Positions 47,700-60,979 of a stretch of DNA of 64,000 nt are shown piece after piece. The position numbers were made by a program, and so were the translations under genes. The DNA lies in NCBI RefSeq assembly GCF_964213995.1, contig NC_135808.1, positions 3,658,001 to 3,722,000 on the forward strand. Reading direction: 5' to 3'. The stretch comes from Mustelus asterias. Its lineage: Eukaryota. The notes beneath the pieces were generated by a model. The model saw only the letters and a program-made list of their open reading frames with translations. It did not search any database and was not told where the DNA came from. The stretch's first letter is position 1. Every line of letters starts with the position of its first letter.

Positions 47700-48070
47700 T
47701 AATTTTAATACATTTATCCTCATTTTCAAATTCTTCCATGTCTCTTCCATGTCTCTGTAGCCACTTCCAACCCACCAATGCTCCTTAGGCAGCTCTTCCA
47801 AACCAACGACCACTACCATCTACATATCTAGGAACACCACCATCTGGAAGTTCACCTCCAAGTCAGTTACCATCCTAACTTGGAAATATATCACTGTTCC
47901 TTCACTGTTGCTGGGTCAAAATCCTGGAACTCCCTCCCAAATAGCACTTTACGTGTACCTACACCACATAGACTGCAGTGGATCAAGAAGGCAGCTCACT
48001 ACCACCTTCTCAAGGGTAACTAGGGATGGGTAATAAATATCGACGTCCACATCCTGGAAATGAATAAAAA
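47700..48070 (+). mobile_element. 3' end of the same old LINE family as 11316-11535
   Basis: ACTTGGAAATATATC...CCTGGAACTCCCTCC...GGGTAACTAGGGATGGGTAATAAAT. Confidence 0.7.
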
Positions 48071-49142
48071 TGTTGAGTTTAGTATTTTGGGAGCAGAAAC
48101 ATGGAAGATACAGTATTTGGATAAGTAAAACCATTTGTATTACTTTCATAATATTTAATCAGTGCTTTGTGCTGCAGGTAAATATTTACATCTACAGTGT
48201 TTTCTGATTCATTATCTTGTGATTAGGGATTCTAATGTCATTCTATAATGCAGAAAATTCCAAAATACAGAACTGACTTGACCCCAAACATTCTGGAGTA
48301 GGAGGTTATGCTGGATCTTATTATGTGATTGACAAAAAGCACCACATTGCATTAAGGTTGTTGCCTTGTCGCATAAGAACCAAAGTATGCCCAAGCCAAA
48401 ATGGATATTTTAGTCTGAGTGAGCGGTTTTCACTCCCACTGAATGACTGCCAGTCGTTTGACCTGTTGAGAGATAAGGAAGGATTGGTGATAAACAGATG
48501 CAGTCTCACATTGAGGATTAGCAGAACCTACTTCAGTTCAGTTCCCATAGTCAGTTTTACCTGAGGGAGCTCTGCTGACCCCTGAACTCTGCAGTCAGTC
48601 CGAGCACGTGTGAAAATCCTCACCTTACCTCTCAGTTCATTGAAAACTTTGCTTTGCATTTTTGGTCGAACAGAGAGGCTGTTGGATTTTTGGACTTGCG
48701 AGTGGGAGTATTGTTTATTCAAGCTGGAGCACCTCCAGGCTATGTAATATTTCTCTCTGACTTGTGTTCTCTCTCTCACTCACTCACTCACTCGCGCACA
48801 CACACACACACACACATGTACACACAGTGTAAAGGATGGTTAGAACTATAAATACCGCAGCAATACAATCACCATTAATTCACATAACAAGATAGTATTT
48901 AAAACCTAAATTCCCCCAGAATCACCATTAAGAGAAATCATTGTAACTTTTGAGTTATAGCTTGCAATAGCTGCTTCACTTATTCAAATGCTGTAATAGT
49001 TAAGCAGAGACAATAATCCATAAAGCAATTTATAGCAATTAAACTCATTTAGAATTGGATTAAAGTCCAAAATATAGGAAAGCCTGTGGTTTGATCTCAC
49101 CAACAATAAATTTTAACACAATTCTCAAGACAATGTACTAAA

Positions 49143-49412
49143 TTGTCAGCTGAGGTTTAGTAGGAGCACTCTTGCCTGTGAGTCAGAAGGTTGTGGTTTA
49201 GGCTCCAATCCAGGAACTGAAACATATATTCAGTGAAGCAGTGAAGGAGTGCTGCGCTGTCAGAGATGCTGTCTCTCTGTCAGGGCTCAATCTGCCCTCT
49301 CAAAGATTCAAAGTATCCGGTGCCAGTCTGTTGAAGAAGATCTTCTCCCTGGTGTTGAGCTAATAATTATCCTTCAACAAGATCACTAAAAAAACAAATG
49401 AACTGGTCATTA
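49143..49412 (+). mobile_element. Deu-domain SINE (SacSINE1/AmnSINE1-like); further decayed minus-strand copies at ~47120-47290, 52290-52460 and 54590-54860
   Basis: tRNA-like head GCACTCTTGCCTGTGAGTCAGAAGGTTGTGG, then GAGTGCTGCGCTGTCAGAG...TCTGCCCTCTCA...TTATCCTTCAACAAGATCACTAAAA...CTGGTCATT. Confidence 0.7.
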
Positions 49413-50774
49413 AACGAAATGTCGCCACAGTCTGCTCTTCCCTTTGAGAGTGAGCTGACTGGTGGTGATTTAACCTGAAAGTCACTGAACCTGAGGCAAG
49501 GTTAAGAGGGCAGGGTCTTCATAAATAACCTCAGCTAGTGCAGAAATTGAACTCACGCTTTTGGCATCACTCTGCATCATAAACCAGCCGTTCAGCCAAA
49601 TCAGCTAACCAGCTGCAAAGAATGGTCTTGGAGCAGGAGTCACGCCTTTCATTGTCCAAACTCCTGAGTTCCTGATAGGGACACAGGAAAAGGAGCAGGC
49701 TATTCGTTCAGCCCTTCGACCCTGTCTACCACCATTCAATGAAATCATGGCCGAATTGCAACTTGTCTCCATATGAAGAATGTTTTCCCATAATTTCCAC
49801 CTGGGATAGTGAGAGAGTCATAAGGGAGAGTGCGAGAGGGTTACCTGCACAGCTTTGACTCATCTCCCAGCACACAGATCAATGGGAGAGGGGTGGATGA
49901 GTGCTTGGCCTAGCTGGGAATGGTGCAGTGTGCCTGAGAATTTAAAATTGGACAACTTTCCCAAAATATGTTGAGAGGAGGTATTGTCACGAGAACCCTG
50001 AAACAGTCAAAGTTAATCAGTTGAGACTAGGCACACTGGGAATTGTTGAAGTGAAAAAGCATGGATACTTTTGCTGGGGAGGTGGGTAAGTACATCAGGG
50101 AGAAAGAAAAAGATGGACATGTTGAGTAAGGAGGAGTCTCATGTACAAAATAAGCACCATTTTGCAGTTGTCATCGATGACATTTAGAAAAAGATATGAA
50201 TTTTCCCGTGACTGACAGAAAGAATCGCAGGACAAGATTTCAAGCTTTGGGAAATTTATGGTGACAAAGGAACAAAATCAACAGATTAAACATTGTTTAA
50301 GGTACTTCCCCATTAACCAATTAACTCAACAAAAACACTTTACAATCCACTTGTACGTTACGCCACCTACTTGTAGATATATGGCCTTGTAGATTAAACC
50401 CCAGTTTCCTTTTGGCTTTTGAACAGGCTCCCCTTCTCCCTGCTACTTCAGGGCATGTCTTTCAGTGCACATTGTTAGACTCTCCACCTAGTCTTCTTTC
50501 TGAACAGAAAACCCACTCGCACAAACACCTTGCTCTCACAACTTCTCTGCCTTTTTTGTCTCTCTCTCTCTCTCTCTCTCCAGATTTCTCTGAGTCTGAG
50601 AGTCCATGTCCTAAAGAACCAGCTGCCCCTCCTTTGTGTCGTGGTCTGAAAACCGGTGCCTGATTTTCTTTGGTTTTGGCTTGAGTCTCTTTCCCCAATG
50701 ACAACCAAATCACATGGGCCTGTCTGCAGGCATGATTTAGTATGATCACACCATCTCCCATTCACAACATTCTC

Positions 50775-51080
50775 TCAAAGGCTTTTTCCCAGGGTGGAAA
50801 TGGCTGCTACGAGAGGACACAGGTTTAACGTGCTGGGGGGTAGGTACAGGGGAAACGTTAGGGGGAAGTTTTTCACACAGAGGGTGATGGGCGAGTGGAA
50901 TCGGCTGCCGAGAGTGGTGGTGGAGGCAAACTCAATAGGGTCTTTTAAGAGACTCCTGGATGAGTACATGGGACTTAATAGGATGGAGGGTTATAGGTAG
51001 GCCTAAAAGGTAGGGATATGTTCGGCACAACTTGTGGGGCCGAAGAGCCTATTTTGTGCTGTAGTTTTTCTATGTTTCTA
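50775..51080 (+). mobile_element. CR1 3' fragment
   Basis: TRGHRFNVLGGRYRGNVRGKFFTQRV plus tail. Confidence 0.85.
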
Positions 51081-52838
51081 TAACCATCCAATAAAGTCTC
51101 ACATTCATACCAGCATTGATTTATTGAATCAAATGACCTCATTCTATACACACACAGGGCAGAAATTTCTGGCCCTTCCCGCCAGTGGGATCTTCCAGTC
51201 CTGCTGAAGGTGACTCACGGCAGCAAGTTGCCTGGCGACGGGATAGGTGAGCCACGTAAACCGCCATCAGCAGGACCAGACGATCCTGAAAGCGGTGAAT
51301 GGTGATCCACCTCCGCTGCCAGAAAACACACTGCGGGAGGCTGGGCAATTCCACCCACTATGTCAGTCTCTGTACAATAAAAATATATTGTAACGACCAA
51401 AGGAGCAGGTTAGTGAGTAGAGGTATTGAACTGTCTTATAAATGAATGTACACTGGTTATATAACAACGGATTATTTAACTTGGTTCTGTACAGTACTCT
51501 TCCTATTGCAAAAGGACATGGAGTGCTGTGGACTTGAAGGCTGCCCTCTGAAGTGATATAATGATTCCATAGTTTTCCCAGGTAACAAGGGCAGCAGTCA
51601 GGTGCTGTCAGAAATTGATGGCCTTTTAATAGGTTCAAACAACATTTCAGCACTAAGGCGACAACTAAAGTGTTTTTTAATTTTTTTTGTGTGGTCTGAG
51701 AAGCTCCTGTTCTTGTGGGCCCGTGTTGAATAAGGACCGTGTGCTGTGGTGGGCTGCAGGCCAGGGCTGTAATGAGAGCCACTTGTCAAACATTGGCCTG
51801 GAGTCAACGGGATTTCCAAATGCTTCAGCAGCAGATTAGAGGTTTAGCAAAACAACCAGCATGTGTGTGATCTTTGAATTAGTGGCAACACACGAGGACT
51901 ATTGGGAACAAGAGGCTTGTGACTGTCAATCTATCTAGCTTGTTTCTCTCTTTGAGCTCTCTCTGTACTTGTTACGAATGAGTTCTACAGAGTGGTCTAC
52001 GTGAAATCAGAATTGTTGAAAGGACTAAGGTCCCTGGAGAGACAGGGGTGAAGAACTATCAGAGTGACTTAGAGAGCAACTTATTTGGTCACAGTGTCAT
52101 CGGGGTGAAGTGGGGTAATTAAAATAATTTGATATTAAGGTTGATGTTCAGATGAGTATTAACAGGTTCAAGTAGGTAAGTAGGTTGTGCCCTTCTGGGC
52201 ATGATGGGAAATACATCCAGTACTCTGGAGTACTGGGAGATCCCCGTAGCTTGTCTGAATTGTGCAGTCGGACCTTTACCCGTGAGGACAGGTACAGCTG
52301 TGCTCTTACCTCAGAGAAGGTGCCACCAACAGCACAGACCCGCCTCAGGACCCCAAAGGAGCATCAGCCTGGAGTCTGTGTTCAAGTCTCTGAGGTGAGG
52401 CTTGAACCCACAACCTTCTGTGTGGGACAGGAGTGGGACTGACTGAGCCATGGCTCACACACAAAGGATGCCTCTGGCTGTATTGGCCAGGCTGCCGTGC
52501 TGCATCTATTCACAGGTGCTATCCCACTATTGACCAGCACCGGAGCTTTTTGACCTCCTTTTCTGACCTAGGCAGGTTCACCCTTTAGCAGACCTGGTGT
52601 CCCCTGGGTCCCCGAGGAACACCATGTGGACATTGATCTGAGGGTGGACACCTGATCGACACAGAGGACAATAGTCCAGAACTCCCATCCTCAAGAAATC
52701 TGGAAGGCTCAGCCTCTCAGCAACGGGATTACAAGTGCGTTGCCAGAGCACCCGGCAAACAGTCTGCACTTTGTTGACAGAGGGATTTTCACCGAACATA
52801 ACATCAGCTCGGACTGCACAGGCTTAGATAATTGCATT

Positions 52839-52911
52839 TGAACAGTACAGGGACAAACCCACAACCTCGACGTTGTTAGCACCATGCTCTAACCATCTGA
52901 GTTAACCGGCC
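52839..52911 (-). pseudogene. tRNA-Ile-like pseudogene or SINE head
   Basis: GGCCGGTTAACTCAGATGGTTAGAGCATGGTGCTAACAACGTCGAGGTTGTGGGTTTGTCCCTGTACTG resembles vertebrate tRNA-Ile(AAT); T-loop/B box broken. Confidence 0.6.
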
Positions 52912-53044
52912 ACCTAGCCAGTACTCTTGGAGGCTAAAAGTCACAGGCCTTTGCACCTTTGGCAAACATGATGTTTGGGAAAAGGACAAGGGAGTTATTA
53001 AGCTCCAGGCACCTGCTGAGACCAAATGCTGAAACTATTGAAGT

Positions 53045-53738
53045 AACACAGAATCACAGAATACTACAGTGCAGAAGAGGCCCTTCAGCCCATCGAGTCT
53101 GCAGCGACACCTGAAATGCCCTGACCTGCCCTCCTAATCCTACTTGCCAGCACTTGGCCCACATCCTTGAATGTTATGGCGTGCCAAGTACTCGTCCAGG
53201 TACTTTTAAAAGGATGTGAGGCATCCCGCCTCCACCACCCTCCCAGGCAGCGCATTCCAGACCATCACCACCCTCTGGGTAAAATGATTTTTCCTCAAAT
53301 CCCCCCCTAAACCTCCCACCCCTCACTTTTAACTTGTGTACCCTCGTAACTGACCCTTCAACTAAGGGGAACAGCTGCTCCTTATCCACCTTATCCATGC
53401 CCCTCATAATCTTGAACACCTCAATCAGGTCGCCCCTCACTCTTCTCTGCTCCAGAAAAAAACAACCCAAGCCTCTCCAACCTCTCTTTATAACTTAAAT
53501 GTTCCATCCCAGGCAGCATCTGGGTGAATCTCCTCTGCACCCCCTCCAGTGCAATCGTGTCCTTCCTAGACTGTGGCAGCCAGAACTGCACACAGTGCTC
53601 CAGCTGTGGCCTCACCAGAATTCTATACAACTCCATCATCACCTCTCTGCTTTTGTATCGATATCCCGATTGATAAAGGCGAGTGTGCCATCTGCCTTTT
53701 TCACCATCTATTAACCTGCCTTTCCGCCTTCAGAGATC
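53045..53738 (-). mobile_element. CR1 3' fragment
   Basis: VRPQLEHCVQFW, RGDLIEVFKIMRG and tail. Confidence 0.88.
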
Positions 53739-55489
53739 TATATAAAATATAGATATTTATGAGTATATTCAAAGCAGATAACAACCAAGTGAATTAAGGG
53801 ATAAATGTGTAAGTCAAGAAAGTGAAGTTGAGGTCGAAGAGTCAGCCATGGATAGTCACATGAGCAGCCTGGGAATGGAGGGATACAAACGATTGGTCTA
53901 GTTGGACCAAGGAGCGGCACAGGCTTGGAGGGCCGAAGGGCCTGTTTCCTGTGCTGTACTGTTCTTTGTTCTTTGTATTAAATGGCAGGGATGACTCAAG
54001 AGAGCCCAAATCCTGGTCCAATTTCAGATGTTTTAACGCGACTCAATAACTCCTTTTGCTCAAAGTGACCATGTGAGGAGTGCAACAAACTCAGTGAGGA
54101 CATGCTCTTGGGGTCAAATAGTCACACACTCACCGACTTGCACAAGACTAATGGGGCATTGAGCAAGGTATTGGTGTGTAGCCTGTGGAGCAGTATTCAA
54201 GAGACAGTGCCTTCAAGGGAATAGTGGGAAAAGAAAAGACTTTCCGTTATATAGAGCTTTTCTCCATCTTGTCACCCGAAGAACACAGCCTATATAGTAT
54301 TTTGTGAAGTCTAGTCACTGGGAAAAGCAGTAGTCAATTTGTGCATAGCAAGATCCCACAAATAACAATGTGATATTGCTTTGTAGTGCATGTAGTTTAA
54401 CACGTTGATTAATATTTGCTGAATATGTAAATGGTTTGGTATATATACACAGAAAGAGATAGTTATCATGTGATATCATAAGTGAATCAGCATTGATCAG
54501 TATGCAGAGTTCTCTTGGAATCATGTTATTGTTCAACAAAGGACCTTTTGTTTACATTACCAATCATTACCATGATTTTTGCGTTGTGCCAATAACACAA
54601 TGGTAATCACCAGAAAAACTCTTGTTGTGATATTAGTTGAGGGATAGATATTGGCCGAAGTCACTGTGGACATCTGCCTTGCTCCTCTTCCACGTTTTAC
54701 CATGGGATCTTTTACATCCTCCTGAGAGAGCAGACAGGTTGCATTCAAATGTATAATTGACACCAACGACTCCCTCAAATCTGCTCTGTGAATGTTGGCC
54801 TAGTCCTTGCGCACATATCTCAGGGGTGGGACTGGTTCCCAGAGCTTTCTGACTCAGGGTGAAGCATGTGATATGGTAGACATCAGTGGCATACAATCTA
54901 GCACAGGACACTTTTCCCCCACCCCCACCAATCTCCTCCACCAGCTGAGGGAACGTGGAATGCTGCGTCCTCAAGAGGTTACGAATAGCCAAATTCAAGT
55001 TTACGGCCTCAGGAGTGGTTGGTATACGGGACGTCTGACAAGTGTCAGGCCAAATTCAAGTGAAAAACCGTGGCCTGGGCATCATATGAAAAGTCATTAG
55101 ATTGCATGGTGCCAGCTATTCACCTCTATCGTTCAGTGTCCTTTCAGTTCCCCAGACCTTAAATTTAACAATAATTTAATTGGAAATTGTCAGTGTGATT
55201 CCTTAATGCTGCTTGCTAGTTTTTTTTCTCTCTCTTTCGCTATGAAGCTTATTTGTCAGAATGTTTTAGCCAATATGGAAAAAAATGGATACTGAAATTA
55301 ATTCCATAGCTACTATTTTCTAAATGGTGCTGGCAGGGCAGACTGATGCCTTTCATCTCTAGGATTGAATTGGTCTGACAGGAGAAAAGTATCCTCACCC
55401 TGAGGCCTGTGTGGAGGCCAAGGAATAGAAGCCGATGCATTTTTAACTCAATGAGTGTGAATCCGCAGCATAAAAATGTTTGCAAATGC

Positions 55490-55880
55490 GGATGGAAGGA
55501 GAGAAGATAGGAGGGAGAGAAGGAGAGAGGAAAACAAAGGCAGAAAAAGGGAAATAACGCCGAAGGAGGAAGGAGAGAGGGAGGAGGAAGAAAGGAGAGC
55601 CAAGAAAGAGGAGTGCAAAATTAAGAAAGGAGACAGGAAGTCGCAAGGGCAGCAGTGAAGGAAGGAGGAAGGAAAAAAGGAGGGAAGGAAGAGGAGGAAG
55701 ATGGAGGGAAGGAAGGGAAGAAGAATGGGAGGGAGAGAAGAAACAAGAGAGCAAGAAAGAAAGGAGAGAAGGAAGGAGAGAATGAAGGAAGTAAGAGGAA
55801 GAAAGGAATAAAGTAAGGAGCAATAGGGGAAGGAAGAAAAGAAGATGGGAGTAAAGTGGAGAAGGAAGAAAGGAAGGGGA
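55490..55880 (+). repeat. Polypurine (GA-rich) low-complexity tract
   Basis: ~390 bp almost entirely A/G on the + strand. Confidence 0.9.
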
Positions 55881-58800
55881 ATGAACTTGCTTTTCCATCG
55901 CACTTTCCTAAATGCTTTCCAGCCAATTCTGTATTTTGAAATGTTGTCACTATTGTTGGAAACAAAGCAGCTAATTTGTGCACAAGTGAATGGCAATGAT
56001 TCCCTTGACTAACCTGCTGACAGTTAATGTTGAGGTTCATGCATGAAGAATGGTCATTTGTACTGACTATGTTACATGGACCATGGTCAAGGATAGGCAA
56101 AAAACTTGCATGACTAACAGACAGCTCAATTCCCTTTCAAGCCAATGAAGTACTTTTGTCATGTAGTCACCGCTGTAATGTGGGAAGCACGGAAGCTCAT
56201 TAGTGCGCAGCAAGATCCCACAAAGAGCAATGAGTCAACAAAATAAATTGTTTTGTCTGGCCTCAGGTTTATGGTGTGTGGAATGTAGGAGGTCAGTCAG
56301 GAGTCGGAATGATTGTGTCTAGAGTTAACAGGGTTGAATGCAGGGTTCCTGCTGCAGCCAAGATGAGGCATGGGTGAAGTGGGCAATGTCATTGAGTGGA
56401 AATAGATCGTCTTGGAGATGGCACTGATAAGTCGATCGAAACTCATCATGAATGTGGCCCCAAGGCTGCAAAGAGTCCCTGGCTGAAGCTCAGACATTTG
56501 CCAGGGAGTGGCATGGGAGATGCTAGCTAAGGAACATTTTGTTGTAGGCACTGAACATAGCTACTTATGTAACAGAGAACTCTTGGCAGTCAATGAGGAC
56601 CAGGCGGCCGATCAGTCAGATTGAGTATGGAAAAGGCAACCTCACGGGCTGGGATTCTGACAGAATAAGATCACACAGGAGAAAGAACTGAGCACATTTC
56701 ATAGAATTGTTCAGTTTCCATGTCCCATCCTCTGTGAGTGCAATGGGACATCAGCCTCAATATCTTTGGAGATATATGTAACAGGAAGGGATCTGAGCAG
56801 GCACAACTTTCTAAAATTAGTTAAAATAATAAACAACATTTGGTTTCTAGTCCTGCGATAATGTAATTAAATTTCTTTATTCATAGGGTGGTGCCGCAAT
56901 TGTGTTATCTTTCTGAACTAGTTGTCGTTTGATCCACCAAAGGACATCTTTGATATTTCATCTGGACTGAGGTTCTGTTCAGATTAGTAGTTTTAAGGTT
57001 TGCAGTTGCCATGAATCCACATTCCAGGCAACTTTGAACTCTCAAGCAACGCCAGTCTGCATTTATATAACACCCTTAACACCCAAAGAAGAAATTAGGA
57101 CAAGTGACCAGATACTTGATCAAAGAGGTAGGCTTTGAAGGGACATCTTCAGGGAAAGAGGGGATGGGAAGTTTAAGGAGGGATTTCTAGAGTTTAGGGT
57201 CCTCAGCAGCTGAAAGCACATCCATCAATGATGGAGCGATTAAAATCAGGGATGCTCAATCGGCCAAAATTAGAGGAGTGCACATATTTTGGAGCGTTGT
57301 GGAACTGGCGAAGGTTGCAGAGGTAGGAAGGGGGGAGGCCAAGGAGGATTTGAACATTACAAAGTTTATTGCTGAAGAAAAGAGACAGGTTTTAATCTTG
57401 CACTCATCAGGGCACTTTGCAAGAATATAATTTATGCTGTCTTAGCAAGGTATCCAACCAGTCACGCTTGCAGAACTTAAAACATGGTGCCTGACATTAG
57501 ATATGATTCTGCGATTGAGCAACGTTTGCTAAGTAATCCTCAGTGTGCTAAAAATTATGCTGGCAACTAATTCAAGGTTGTCAGTTGGTCTTACAGTGTG
57601 GTGCATTTGCGCGTACCGTAAACAACATATATCAATACATTGGGCCCTGTTCAGTGCAGACAGAAAGAACACGTACACACATTGCGCCTGTTTCAGGAAA
57701 CAAAATATGTGACAGTGATTTACTGATTAATTCCCCAGGGCAATGCACATGGGTTTGGGGTTAACATAAGAGCATGGATTGAGAATTGGTTAGCAGGCAG
57801 AAAACAGTGTAGGAATAAACGGGTCTTTTTTGGAGTGGCACAAACTATTCACACTATATATTAATGATTTGGGTGAGGGAACCAAATGTAATATTTCCAA
57901 GTCTACAGATGACACAAAACTCTTTGAAAGGTGAGTGGTGAGAAGGATATTAAGAGGCTTCAAGGCAATTTAGACAATTTGAGTGAGCAGGCAAATAAAT
58001 GATAGATGCAGTACAGCGTGGATAAATGTGAAGTTATCCATTAATGTATTTAATACTTTAATGATTGATTGAAACTTTTCTAGGTGGTAGGAACACCAGT
58101 TTTTTCCCCAAAAAATGTATGAATGGGTGTTTTGTTAAGCTGTCCATGTGTAATTGTTAATACAGGATTCATTGGTTCTGTATATAATGTGAATGAGCAT
58201 AGAGAGACCATGAATTGACATGGAAAGTATGAGGTGCTATTGGAGGTTGGAGGAGGGCTTGAGTTGGCATGGAGAGTTTGAGGGGGCATGAGCTTGCATT
58301 GAGTTGTCATGGTGGCATGAATGAGAGGCAATGATATGTGAGGGCTAGAAGATCTAAAATGTAAGCAGGCATCTGGGCGAGGAAGACCTTTTAATCAGCC
58401 TGCCTCGACACAACCACCCCCTGTGGTTGCCTTTGATCTTCTTCCAGGCATGGTGAACCTGATTCTTTTTGCTGTCCCTATGCTAGTTTCTGAAACTCAC
58501 CCAATCCTCAGGCTGGCAATTATTACATTTCCAGAATTATTATTAGCAATTTTATCATCTTCTTCTTTTAATCTAATACTGTCCTTCCTGATTGAGTCAC
58601 AGATGGATCTTTTTTGCTGAGATTTTTTTAATGAAATTTATTTTTGTTGAACATTTTGAATTGTTTTGTTCAACACTTCCCCATTGTTTATTTACTACTA
58701 TTCATTTTTTGTCTATTTATGCAATCAACCTTAGCCACTCTCCCCTCATACTTATGGATTTAGATTTTCTTATGTTTAAGATTTCTCTTTAGATTCCAAA

Positions 58801-59129
58801 GTTTTCCTTCATGTTACTCCTTTCTGCCTGACATCCCCTCCACCTCCTGACAACCACCCCCCCTAATCCCTTTTCAATTCAAAGTTGTATGCACAGTTTT
58901 GAGTTATAAGATTCGTCAGGACTCCCCAAACCACGATACAGTTGTTGTATAAGTCTTCTTTACTCTTATCCTCCAATCCCTTTGCAATAGAAACTAAACA
59001 AAATAAGTGATTGGCATTCGTTGGTTCATTCCTCAAGGCAATGCCTTGACTAATCAAGACTGGTTAAAGTTTAAAACAATGCTTGGCAGTTAACTGTAGG
59101 TCACCAGAAACTGGTGAGTTCTCTATGGC

Positions 59130-59250
59130 AGTGCCTCTACCAATCAACACTCTCTTCTTGTACAGTATAAAATTGTTTCTTCCTCTGCTATTCTTGTGAC
59201 TGTCCTGATGAGTGCAAGATGAAAAGTTTTGACAAACTGTCTTTTCTCAG
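59130..59250 (+). mobile_element. Penelope-like LTR fragment, second family, with degenerate hammerhead motif (59201-59234)
   Basis: CCAAT and TATAAA upstream of TGTC-CTGATGA-GTGCAAGAT-GAA-AAGTTT-T-GACA; related minus-strand copy at ~57385-57425. Confidence 0.5.
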
Positions 59251-60422
59251 AAATACTCAAGATTAAGATTCTTGTTTTGCTCTGTACTTGGCAGCCCCTG
59301 TGGTCACCTCCAATCTGCATCCAGAATTTTCCTCAAATTCCAGGTCATGGTGGTTTGACACCATCTCACACTCACAGGAGTGAAGATCTCACAGGAGTGA
59401 AGATCTCGCCATTCAGGTGAGTTTATCCTGAGGTTGGTGTGGTGAGCCGAGAGATTCCTGGGGGACTCCTACCACCCAACTCGGGAACGAAAATCTGGGT
59501 CTCTGTTCCTACTTCTCCCACTTTCCTTGCCTTTGCCCAAATCAGGACCTTGCTCGCTCACCTCAAAATCTTTAGATTCCAAAATTTTCCTTTCCGTTTT
59601 CTTCCACCTGTCTCCCTTTTTAATTTAATGATGCGTCCACAGTCCACGTTATACGATTCGCCAGGACTCCCCAAGGCCCTAGATAATTGCTGGAGACTTC
59701 GATACTCCAATCCTTTTGCACTAAAAGCTAACATGCCTTCCTAATTGCTTGCTGCATCTGCACATTAACTTTCTGTGGTTTATGTCCAAGGATTAAGCTC
59801 TTAGTGCAAGAGCTCCAGCTACCACTTTGAAGAGATACACAAAGGCTCTAATTTCACCACAATTGTAGCCAGAAGTGCATACCAGGTAAGATTTAATTAA
59901 GGCTGACTTATTTATTTTGTTCTACCTTTTTCATTCCCGCCTGTGGTTTGACTTTCTAACTGGAGGGAAAGAACATCCTGGACTTGCAATATCCTTTGCG
60001 TGCGAGTCCTTACAAATACCATCTTGGATTCAATGAAAGCCAAATTTTAAAAAGTATTCTTCATGGTCTTCATGAAAGAGGTGCTTCTGGCCAGTCCTCC
60101 CCCTCTTGGCATTCCTGACAAAGGAAAATTAGAGTAGTTCAAGATGCGCGTTGCATTCCAGGACCTGGCTTCACTTCAGAAGTTGCCTATAACTTTAGAA
60201 GAGTAATCAGGCATCCAAATAAAGGGAAGGGCACAATGGAGGAGCTTGGATCCACAACACCATGGCTTGGAATTTGAGGAAGCTCCTTTTGTGATCCAAA
60301 ATGAGGCTTTAGTTAAGCACACATGACGCCAAAAAAAAGTACAAGATTGAAAATGCATAAACAGAGATCATCTTTCTTTCGTACAAAACAGACATGTGTT
60401 TCTACTGGCAGGATTGTGGGGT

Positions 60423-60730
60423 TGATGCGCGATTAATTCACTCGGGAGGCTGGATCGTACCCGGGAAATAAAGGCTTTTATTAGCAACAAGAATAGAGCA
60501 TACTGCTTAACAATATAATCCCAGACTAAAGGGTCATTAGGAAGTGCAGTGACCTTTATACTCCTATAGGAAGGCGGAGCCAACCGGAGTGTACCACAGA
60601 ATAATACCAACAGGTGGAACACCCCAACTCTAACCCCAACAGTAACAAGAGTAACATATGTACAAGTACCCATAGTGATAACCATCTATGGTTCAGTACC
60701 CATAGTGGTAACCATCTATGGTTCACCACA
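60423..60730 (-). mobile_element. Solo LTR related to the 36922-40170 element
   Basis: Minus strand starts TGTGGTGAACCAT and ends TCGCGCATCA like the full element; 5-bp TSD GGGGT. Confidence 0.92.
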
Positions 60731-60979
60731 GGGGTTGAGGTTACAATCAGATCAGCCATGATCTTATTGAATGATGGAATAGGCTCAAGGGGCCAAGTGG
60801 CTTATTCCTGCTCCTAATTCGTATGTTCACATGTGCTCAGCCTCAGAATGTGACACAAGCTTGCAGTCAACTCTCTGATTTTTGAAGTGTCACACCCTAC
60901 AAAAAGGCAGCAGCCAATTTGCACACAGGAAATGCATAAAACACTAGTTAGGCGACAGCTAGAGTATTATGAATATTCA

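Noticed and set aside
50412-50765. Overlapping ORFs and a pyrimidine tract ending in CAG at ~50583
   Set aside because: The tract is a (CT)n microsatellite; the peptides are unrecognisable and no partner exon was found.
55399-55406. 8-nt minus-strand microexon (cacag|GCCTCAGG|gtgag)
   Set aside because: Not frame-preserving and no host gene identified; could be chance.
55443-56100. Hydrophobic Leu/Phe/Ser-rich 'membrane protein' ORFs
   Set aside because: Translations of the polypyrimidine strand of a GA-rich tract.
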